IMG/VR virus record: IMGVR_UViG_3300033148_009015
Coordinates: 1 to 58,747 of that record
Length of the DNA stretch: 58,747 nt
From: a virus
Lineage: Duplodnaviria; Caudoviricetes
Direction: 5' to 3' (one strand)
Positions within the stretch are counted from its first letter, which is position 1; each line of letters starts with the position of its first letter. The notes beneath the pieces were generated by a model. It was not told where the DNA came from, made no database searches, and was given only the letters and a program-made list of their open reading frames with translations. Both the position numbers and the translations under genes were made by a program. Positions 1-6,773 of this stretch are shown in pieces.

Positions 1-114
1 CTCAATATTGTGGACCGCCTCCTGAATGTCTATCAGGCTGCGCCCTCGAAACCCGCACACAATTCGCTCTCTGTCATCTCGGTCAACATACATTTTTCGC
101 TCCTTTCCGTTTTG
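1..114. repeat. Terminal direct repeat (circular assembly overlap), copy 1
   Basis: 1-114 is identical to 58634-58747. ORF 83..469 ends over the start of ORF 58427..58726 when the ends are joined. Confidence 0.95.
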
Positions 115-469
115 TGTCGAGTTCCACGAGCTTCGCGTAGAAGGCCACTGGCTTTTCATCCCAGGCATATTCCGGGCGACAGCACTGGAAGTGCGCATCG
201 ACCAGTCGTCCGGGGCAGTATTCACACGCACAACCATCAACAGCAGGACCCTCCTGGAGGTCGTAGGCACAGAAGAAACAGCTGTCTTCGCCAATCTCGA
301 CCCCGTGGTCTTTCACCCATTGAGCCTTGAGCCGCGCCACCACAACCGCTGGGTGGGCTGTTTTGCCTTGCCTCTCGTACCGCTGATACTGTTCGGAGAC
401 CCACTTCCATTGCTCCAGGCACAGCCGCCAAACCTCGTCAAGCGTCCATATCTTCATCTTCTCGCTCAT
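83..469 (-). CDS. Hypothetical protein with Cys cluster (CFFC...CACEYCP)
   Basis: 128 aa ORF, RBS AAAGGAG upstream, coupled to neighbours. Confidence 0.75.
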   Translation of the reverse strand: MSEKMKIWTLDEVWRLCLEQWKWVSEQYQRYERQGKTAHPAVVVARLKAQWVKDHGVEIGEDSCFFCAYDLQEGPAVDGCACEYCPGRLVDAHFQCCRPEYAWDEKPVAFYAKLVELDTKRKGAKNVC

Positions 470-614
470 TTTTCGCTCCTTTCCGCCGAAAATGCTCGCG
501 CAAAATATCGCTCGCTTCGTCGGCCAGGCGCACCGCCTCGGCCTCGACCGCCGCCCATTCCGTTGAGGCGACCGCCGCTATCAACGTCACCTTGCGACGC
601 TCATCAACCGTCAC
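438..614 (-). CDS. Small hypothetical protein
   Basis: 3' part of ORF 438..887 from GTG at 614 (VTVDERRKVTLIAAVASTEW...); fills the gap between two genes. Confidence 0.45.
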   Translation of the reverse strand: MTVDERRKVTLIAAVASTEWAAVEAEAVRLADEASDILREHFRRKGAKNEREDEDMDA

Positions 615-915
615 CGTCTTGAGCGCCTTGGCCCTGTGCCTGTACATAGAACCCATAACACTCGCTCGATTCCAGCCGCCCGGTCCCGCCAGATAACTGC
701 TCCGGCGTCCGCGTGTCGCAAAACCAACCAGACCACTCGACCGACTCGACCATACACGACGGGCAACCCTCGTGCCCGCAATACAGGCAACGAGGCCGGC
801 AGGCCACGTGCATCCGTGACGCAGCACAACCGACCTCGTCGCACTCCACGCTCCGCTCGCCTGCCTCAATCGGCTCGCGGCATACACTACATATCACCAC
901 AACCTGCTGCTCCAT
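604..915 (-). CDS. Cys-rich zinc-finger-like protein
   Basis: MEQQVVVICSVC...CLYC...CPSC...WFC; ATG at 915 directly after the pentamer repeat tract. Confidence 0.6.
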   Translation of the reverse strand: MEQQVVVICSVCREPIEAGERSVECDEVGCAASRMHVACRPRCLYCGHEGCPSCMVESVEWSGWFCDTRTPEQLSGGTGRLESSECYGFYVQAQGQGAQDGDG

Positions 916-1187
916 CGCCTTGCCTGCCCTTACGTTGCCTATGCAATGCAATCCTTGGCTCTACTCCACTTTGCCGGAGCTATACTGAGCTCTGCAACGC
1001 TGTGGCACTGCCCCGCCCCGCGTCGCGCCGCCTTGCGCTGCCCGTGCCACGCAACACCCTGCTTTGCACCGCTCCACTTTGCCTGGCCGTTGCGGTTGCA
1101 GTGCAACGAAGCGCCGCTGCAACACATTGCCAACCGACGCATCGCCCAGGCTTTACGTTGCCGTGCGCAACTACGCCATTCCATAGC
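916..1187 (-). ncRNA. Period-5 NGY-NN repeat tract; putative guide RNA(s) for the adjacent RAMP/Cas7-like protein (VIPR-like)
   Basis: Minus-strand runs such as GGCCA GGCAA AGTGG AGCGG TGCAA AGCAG GGTGT TGCGT GGCAC (1088-1044) and GGCAA AGTGG AGTAG AGCCA AGGAT TGCAT TGCAT (975-941). Starts right after the stop codon of the RAMP gene. Confidence 0.75.
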
Positions 1188-1904
1188 CTATGCTCTCGCT
1201 TTTCTCCGCCGAGCCTTCGGCTTGACCGCCTTCGGCGCCTTGGCCGCCGAGTCCCACCACTCGAACCGCCCGAACGAGGCGTTCCGCCATTGGCCCAGAC
1301 CACGCACCGCACCATAATTCAGCCACTCGCGGACAAAATCCCACAAGTCGGGCCGAAACACCTCTATCTCGACCGCGATTCGCGTGCCAGCTGGAGCCTG
1401 CTCAGACCGACTCAACGCAACCCGCTCGCCCTGCCGCGTCTCGCAACGTATCGGACGCTCGCACCACTCGATTACGCCCTTGGCCGGCAGCTCCAACAAA
1501 ATCCGACGAGGATAAACAAACACCAGACTGTCTATCGTCCGCCGGTACAGATACCGCGTCAGCCGTGCCGCCTTGTAACGCGACGCCTGCTCCGTGTCCG
1601 CCGCGTCCAAGGCAGTCCGGCAAACCTCCTTGAAAAACCCCTTCACCTGATAGTCCCAGATGAACGGCTGCTTTTTCGCCGTCCGAGGAAAAATCGTGCT
1701 GGCCTTGCGCAACTCATCATCCAAATCGCCCGAAACGCTGTGCTCGAGCGCGGCTTCCTCATCTGCCGCCCTGCTCAAAATGAACTCCCTGGCAACGTTC
1801 GGGTCCCCGGCCAGCGTCGCAAGCAGCGGCTCGGTAAACTCGATTCCAACACTGTATCGCTCTGGCCGCCAGCCGGCCAACCTCTCCTTCGCTTTTGTCG
1901 CCAT
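1188..1904 (-). CDS. Stand-alone RAMP/Cas7-like protein (Vipr-like), 238 aa
   Basis: N-terminal strand YSVGIEFTEPLLA; IWDYQVKGFFKE helix motif; RSEQAPAGTRIAVEI; C-terminal Gly-rich loop GAVRGLGQWRNASFGRF typical of RAMPs; RBS AAAGGAG before ATG 1904. Confidence 0.8.
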   Translation of the reverse strand: MATKAKERLAGWRPERYSVGIEFTEPLLATLAGDPNVAREFILSRAADEEAALEHSVSGDLDDELRKASTIFPRTAKKQPFIWDYQVKGFFKEVCRTALDAADTEQASRYKAARLTRYLYRRTIDSLVFVYPRRILLELPAKGVIEWCERPIRCETRQGERVALSRSEQAPAGTRIAVEIEVFRPDLWDFVREWLNYGAVRGLGQWRNASFGRFEWWDSAAKAPKAVKPKARRRKARA

Positions 1905-1933
1905 CGTGTCGCTCTCCTTTCTCGTCTCAATCA

Positions 1934-2056
1934 ATAATACGGGGCGCCGACGCCTGTCGCATCGAGGATTGAAGGTAACAGCATCATCAAATATCACACG
2001 CCGGCGCCCCACGTCGCTACTGTAGCTGGTTAGTCGCGGCATCACCTCCTTTCGTT
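1934..2056 (-). repeat. Conserved ~125-bp structured leader element, copy 1
   Basis: Near-identical to 3727-3853 except for a central variable stretch; stem GGGGCGCCGGCG...CGTCGGCGCCCC. Confidence 0.85.
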
Positions 2057-2233
2057 ATCTGTCCCTGCTCGACGCGCAGCATAGGCGAACGCCGCCAACG
2101 CCTTGCGCCGACTGTTGCCTTGATACACTATCTTGCGAACAAGATTCGCCGGCAACCGCGCCGGCCCAGAACGCTCGATACAACGAACCTCCACGACATA
2201 CTTTTCCCTTTTCGTCAGCGCGTCAACGTCCAT
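2042..2233 (-). CDS. Hypothetical protein
   Basis: MDVDALTKREKYVVEVRC...; ATG overlaps the stop of the upstream gene. Confidence 0.6.
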   Translation of the reverse strand: MDVDALTKREKYVVEVRCIERSGPARLPANLVRKIVYQGNSRRKALAAFAYAARRAGTDNERR

Positions 2234-2679
2234 CAGCCAGCCTCCGCTAACGCCGCATCGAATGACGCCGCCGGACCCTCGTAAAGGATTCGACTCGGCT
2301 CCAGCTGGCATACCCGTAACGCCACAGCCTGTGGACCGCAATCCTTGCCGCCAGGAATCACGTCGTATACATACTCGGCGCAAACCTCAGCCGCCGAAAC
2401 CCCTGTCGGCATAAGATAAATCTCCTCCGGTAACCGAGAAGCAAACTCCTTCACAACGTGCGCGGCCAAAGAATCCGCACCATTGAAGACCGCTACGCCC
2501 TCCTTGGCGTAGCGGCGCATCGCGTCATCCGACGGCCAGCCGTTCACGAGCAGACAATCAGTCAAATACCGCGCTAACTCGACGCCGTGCCCGCTCGGAT
2601 AACCGTCGTAATGACGGTACATCCTCGCTATCAGGCGCGAGTCGTAATCAAATAACCGGGTTACACATCGTGTCGCCAT
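2233..2679 (-). CDS. Conserved phage protein (MxTR...YxHxDGYP family)
   Basis: MATRCVTRL...MYRHYDGYPSGHG motif; RBS GAAAGGAG. Confidence 0.75.
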   Translation of the reverse strand: MATRCVTRLFDYDSRLIARMYRHYDGYPSGHGVELARYLTDCLLVNGWPSDDAMRRYAKEGVAVFNGADSLAAHVVKEFASRLPEEIYLMPTGVSAAEVCAEYVYDVIPGGKDCGPQAVALRVCQLEPSRILYEGPAASFDAALAEAG

Positions 2680-3382
2680 TGTCGTTCTCCTTTCTCTGCT
2701 GTTCTGCCTGTACTTGGTCTTCCGCCGACTCGCCAGCAACGTCGCCGCCGAGACGGTCACTGTCGCTCTGGTCGCTACACTCACGCCACGCAACGTCGTA
2801 GTCCACCACGCGCGGCATCACCATCGCAAAAAAACCCGCACCACCATCAAAAACAACCGGACCTGCGCCCGGGTCGGCCTGCACTTTGACCGTCCAACGC
2901 GACACAGTCTCGCTCGCGAATAAATCAGCCAGATACGCTGGCTCGACAAATATCCCCCGACGCGCTAACGCCATCGACGCAACAGCAGCATCGCCTATCT
3001 GCGCCATCGCCGCATAGCTCGTCGGAACAATCTCGTGCCAATTCGGGAAGATGTTCGCGTCCCCCTCGTGGCATAACTCCACCACGATATAATTCGTCGT
3101 CCGCCGCGCAATCCGGTAGAATCCCTCAGGAAGCTGCAAGGCATCGCCGCGATATGCGTGCAGCCGCCTGCCGTCCGTCGCCGCTATCCATCCGTCGGCT
3201 ACACGTAACTTGTCCAGAGAATACCGCATCTTGACTTCGCCACGACGGTCCGCCGCACCAGATACCCACCAAGCCACGCGGAAGGCGCCCTCGGAGCCGC
3301 AGCGGCTGAAGGAATACTTGCTGGGCGCGGCGCTCGATGCGCCCGCGCCCGAACTCGTCGTCTGTCTATGTGTTGTACTCAT
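2648..3382 (-). CDS. DNA polymerase III beta-clamp-like domain protein
   Basis: RYSLDKLRV...AATDGRRLH...FPNW..IVP...AMVMP resembles beta-clamp domains 2-3; RBS GAGGAG. Confidence 0.6.
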   Translation of the reverse strand: MSTTHRQTTSSGAGASSAAPSKYSFSRCGSEGAFRVAWWVSGAADRRGEVKMRYSLDKLRVADGWIAATDGRRLHAYRGDALQLPEGFYRIARRTTNYIVVELCHEGDANIFPNWHEIVPTSYAAMAQIGDAAVASMALARRGIFVEPAYLADLFASETVSRWTVKVQADPGAGPVVFDGGAGFFAMVMPRVVDYDVAWRECSDQSDSDRLGGDVAGESAEDQVQAEQQRKENDNGDTMCNPVI

Positions 3383-3393
3383 CTCATTGCTCC

Positions 3394-3699
3394 TCAGTAT
3401 TCGTACCCATCGTCGTCCAACGCACTCCACTCGCTGCCCCACGTCGCAGCACGGTCCGCACACTGCGGCGCAGCAAACTTGTACCACATCTTCCCTCTCC
3501 GGTCGATGCGGCACATCGCTATCGCGCCCGGACGCACGTGGTCGCGCCCGCAAATGCACCAGGGCACACTTCGGCCCAGCGCCTCTAACACGTCGTCATC
3601 TTGCCCGTCGAGCTCGCAGTCAATCTCCGTTGCAACCTCGCGATAGTACGCCGCTGCCTGCTCCGGGTCCGTCATCGTGTAATTCGCTTTGTCCGCCAT
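3394..3699 (-). CDS. Hypothetical protein
   Basis: MADKANYTMTDPEQ...; RBS GAAAGGAG. Confidence 0.7.
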   Translation of the reverse strand: MADKANYTMTDPEQAAAYYREVATEIDCELDGQDDDVLEALGRSVPWCICGRDHVRPGAIAMCRIDRRGKMWYKFAAPQCADRAATWGSEWSALDDDGYEY

Positions 3700-3726
3700 T
3701 GTCGTTCTCCTTTCCTGTTTCATTGG

Positions 3727-3853
3727 ATAATACGGGGCGCCGACGCCTGTCGCATCGAGGGGTTGAAGGTGGCAGCTTGGCCAGCTTCTTCTCTACGCCG
3801 GCGCCCCACGTCACTACTGTAGTTGATTAGCCGTGGCATCACCTCCTTTCGTT
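3727..3853 (-). repeat. Conserved ~125-bp structured leader element, copy 2
   Basis: Near-identical to 1934-2056. Confidence 0.85.
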
Positions 3854-3887
3854 GCGCTACCGTTTACGTCTTCTGTGCAAATTGCGG

Positions 3888-4052
3888 TCACTGCCGCAAG
3901 CTCAGCCGCTCGCGCATCTGTATCTGGCGCCGCAGCCGCCGCCGGGCCTTCTCGTACTGGCTCTTGTACGGCTCGTCGAGCCGCTCGATGAGGTTGCGGA
4001 TTGTCACGTCCTTGGCCTTCAAGGCCGCCAATGTCGGTCTCCTATACGTCAT
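3888..4052 (-). CDS. Small basic hypothetical protein
   Basis: MTYRRPTLAALKAKD... with GAGG upstream. Confidence 0.5.
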   Translation of the reverse strand: MTYRRPTLAALKAKDVTIRNLIERLDEPYKSQYEKARRRLRRQIQMRERLSLRQ

Positions 4053-4169
4053 CGTCCTGTCCCTCGCATTGAGAGTGCCTGCATGGCGAGACAAGCCCGG
4101 CCGGGCGCCAACGCAGCGCCCGACCGAACCCAGGAAAGGAATGGGGAGGATGATGCTGTCTCGTGCCTG

Positions 4170-4385
4170 CTACTCATTTCGATTCGATATCTCGGCAATG
4201 GCACCGCGGCCCAAGCGGGTAGGGTATACTTCCCATGTTTGGCGGTCGTATTCTAATTCGCCGCGATTGCCGCATTCATAGCACTCATAGAGTGCGATAT
4301 TGGCTCCATTGAAGCCAATTTCAGTTTTGGCGTGGAACATCTCCGCCCCGCACTCGCATGTCACTACCAGTTCATTCAGGTCCAT
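4170..4385 (-). CDS. Zinc-ribbon protein
   Basis: CECG...YECYECG; RBS AAGGAG. Confidence 0.65.
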   Translation of the reverse strand: MDLNELVVTCECGAEMFHAKTEIGFNGANIALYECYECGNRGELEYDRQTWEVYPTRLGRGAIAEISNRNE

Positions 4386-4762
4386 TGCTTGACTCCTTGT
4401 CTGTCTCGCGGCCACCAGCACATGGCCGGACGGCCTGTCGGCCCGACGGCCTTCACGGCCCGCTCGCACCAGGCGAATTCGCCCTTGCAGCGCCCTGTAC
4501 AGCCCGGCGCGCCGCAGTGCTGCACCAGGCCCAGCCTGCGCAGCTCCGGCAGGCGCCGGGCGACCTCGTGGTATGTGTCGTTCGGTATCGCGCCCTCGGC
4601 CGCAGCGGCTATCTCAGCGCTTGTGCGGCCGGGCCGCCTGCGCACGGCGGCCAGAACGACGCCCAGATGACTGTTGCGCACGCGCGCGGCCGCCTCGTAG
4701 CTCGTCGCGGGGTCGCTTGCGTGCGCCCTCGGCAGGCTGTCGAATAGGGTCCTCGTTCGCAT
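4376..4762 (-). CDS. Winged-helix DNA-binding protein
   Basis: RAHASDPATSYEAA...GRTSAEIA...RRLPELRRLGLV, typical phage wHTH. Confidence 0.75.
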   Translation of the reverse strand: MRTRTLFDSLPRAHASDPATSYEAAARVRNSHLGVVLAAVRRRPGRTSAEIAAAAEGAIPNDTYHEVARRLPELRRLGLVQHCGAPGCTGRCKGEFAWCERAVKAVGPTGRPAMCWWPRDRQGVKQWT

Positions 4763-4763
4763 C

Positions 4764-5018
4764 TCAGTTCTCCGGTTCGCTGTCGTCGCGGATGACCGTG
4801 ACTATGAGCTTCCGCCGGCGGTCGTACACCAGGCGGAGCTCGTCCACGCGGAAAATCGATACGCGACGCGACGGCCGCTCGATGAACTCGGCGAGCCCGG
4901 CCTGTATCGCCCGGACGAGCTCGTCATGCCGCTGAGGCGTGAGCGTCTCGCCCACCCTCTGTCGGAAGCGGCGTCTCGCGTGCCGCCTGACTCTATCGAC
5001 CTTGCGCAGTCTCGGCAT
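4764..5018 (-). CDS. Small protein, possible RelE-like fold
   Basis: HARRRFRQR...LVYDRRRKLIVTV pattern; RBS AAGGAG. Confidence 0.55.
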   Translation of the reverse strand: MPRLRKVDRVRRHARRRFRQRVGETLTPQRHDELVRAIQAGLAEFIERPSRRVSIFRVDELRLVYDRRRKLIVTVIRDDSEPEN

Positions 5019-5757
5019 TCGGCGTCTCCTTCGGCGCCCGTTGCGCCGCAATCGTCCTAATGAAAAGGTGGTTCTCGAACAGGGCGGCCGCCTTGTAAGG
5101 CTCCAGGCATGTCTCCGAGCCATGCAGTAGGTGCACCTCGCGGCAGCGCCGCAGGTCGCAGCGGTCGCGCACATATCGCAGCGCGACGGACTGCTCCATG
5201 TGGCTCGTCAGCATGCGGCGCGCCACAAGCTCCGGCACATACCCGCCTTCGACCATTTCGTTCAGCAGCTTCGCGTCGTAGCTGCACTCGACGGCGATGA
5301 TGTCGAATGCGGTTGCGAACCGCTCGCTGATGTGCGAGGTGTCCGTGGCGAACAGCAGCGACTCGTCGGCCTCGCGGTCGTGCACAATGAAACCCAGCGC
5401 CCCGTCTACGTCGTGGTGCACGGCGAACGGAAACACGCCGAATGCCGGCGACAGCGTGAACCATTGCCGCGGCCGCAGAATCGAGGCGCCCCGGCGGCCC
5501 AGCAGGCCGCGCAGTCCGAGCGTCTCTTTGCTGGCCCAGACCGGGACGCCGGCGCGCAGGACATCGGCCGCAGCGCGGCTGTGGTCGTTGTGGGCATGGC
5601 TCAGGCAGCACGCCCGCACGCCGGAGAGGTCGAACCGGACGGCCTGCTGAATCCGGCGCCATGGCACGCCTGCCTCGAGCCAAAGCTGCTCACCGGACAG
5701 GCTCGTCACAACGTAGAAGTTGCCGGCGCTCGAGCTGTAGTGCGCGTCGAATCTCAT
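4993..5757 (-). CDS. MBL-fold metallo-hydrolase (phage recombination-associated nuclease)
   Basis: SSSAGN, SHAHNDH, HD, FATDT, ECSYD, HM motifs; directly downstream of recT. Confidence 0.88.
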   Translation of the reverse strand: MRFDAHYSSSAGNFYVVTSLSGEQLWLEAGVPWRRIQQAVRFDLSGVRACCLSHAHNDHSRAAADVLRAGVPVWASKETLGLRGLLGRRGASILRPRQWFTLSPAFGVFPFAVHHDVDGALGFIVHDREADESLLFATDTSHISERFATAFDIIAVECSYDAKLLNEMVEGGYVPELVARRMLTSHMEQSVALRYVRDRCDLRRCREVHLLHGSETCLEPYKAAALFENHLFIRTIAAQRAPKETPNAETAQGR

Positions 5758-6773
5758 TGCGCCGCCTCGTACACTTGCAGGCTGCCGCACTCCGGGCAGG
5801 TACGAACATCATTCTTCGGGCCGGTCATCTTCGGCTCGGCGAATCGCGCGTCGCACTTGCCGCAGATATACGGCTCCGTCGCGGCCGCTTCCTCGGACGG
5901 CTCTCCGGTCGTGGGCGCAGCGCCCTGCTCGTCTTCCGTCGTTTTGGCCTCGACCTTCTTCCGCCGGCGCCGCTTCGGGCTCGGCTGCTCGGCTTCCGCA
6001 GGGAACGGGTCCACCGCCTCGGCCCCGGACTCTTCGTTCACGGCGGTAACGGCCTCCTGGGCGGCGTCCGCGAGGTCGGCCTGCTCGTCCATCGCGGCAG
6101 CCCTGCTCAGGTCGGACATCACGCTCTTGGGCAGGAACTTCGCCAGCTGCCGGATGGCCGTCTTCATGGCCATCTGCGGGTAGAAGTTCGTCCATGCCGG
6201 GCTGTTCGGGGCCTTGCTGAGCCTGCGGAACCGCTCTATCTCGTCGGCGCGGAGTACGACGGTCTGCGGCCCCAGCCCTTCGATTTCGGCCGTCGCATAG
6301 GCGGCGATGATTTTGCCTTTCGGCGGCTCGAAGCTGAACGGATGCTGCACGACATACCGCCCGTTCACCCGCCGGATAGTCACCTTGTCGCGCTCGCTCT
6401 CGTAGATGCAGTTCGCCGTGATGGACTTGACCTTCTCCGAGCGGTAGGCCAGCTCCATCAGGCCTAGGTAGCCGATTTGGAACTGCGCCTCCATCGTACC
6501 CTTGTTCTTGTACGGCACCAGGTACGCCAGTCCGCGCGCATCTATCTCCAGGTCGAGGCTGGCCGCCTGGCTCGCCGCCCGTATCAGGCTCGCGACGCTG
6601 CACTGTTGCAGCGCCGCATTCTGGCTGATATAGCCGTAGAGCATCTTGACATACCGCCGGGCCAGGTCCTTGCCGCGCGAGCCCATCGCGCTCGGCAGGT
6701 AGTCAACGAACAGCTGCACCGCCCTGTCGCTCAGCAGCTCCTTCTTGATTGTCGTCAATGCCGTCTTCGCCAT
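5754..6773 (-). CDS. recT: RecT family single-strand annealing protein
   Basis: LQQCSVASL, AYLVPY, AQFQIGYLG, SPAW...MAMKTAIRQLAKFLP. Confidence 0.92.
   Translation of the reverse strand: MAKTALTTIKKELLSDRAVQLFVDYLPSAMGSRGKDLARRYVKMLYGYISQNAALQQCSVASLIRAASQAASLDLEIDARGLAYLVPYKNKGTMEAQFQIGYLGLMELAYRSEKVKSITANCIYESERDKVTIRRVNGRYVVQHPFSFEPPKGKIIAAYATAEIEGLGPQTVVLRADEIERFRRLSKAPNSPAWTNFYPQMAMKTAIRQLAKFLPKSVMSDLSRAAAMDEQADLADAAQEAVTAVNEESGAEAVDPFPAEAEQPSPKRRRRKKVEAKTTEDEQGAAPTTGEPSEEAAATEPYICGKCDARFAEPKMTGPKNDVRTCPECGSLQVYEAAQ

Noticed and set aside
1-114. Biological terminal repeat or att site
   Set aside because: It falls within coding sequence and is most simply an assembler circular overlap.
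939-1184. 81-aa ORF (and overlapping ORFs 946..1317, 980..1315) over the pentamer tract
   Set aside because: Low-complexity A/R/G/C/Q translation with no convincing RBS. Period-5 structure is not codon-compatible, so it is better explained as non-coding repeat RNA.
1905-2045. 47-aa N-terminal extension of the RAMP ORF
   Set aside because: It consists of the duplicated structured element, and a separate RBS precedes ATG 1904. Kept only as a possible leader peptide.
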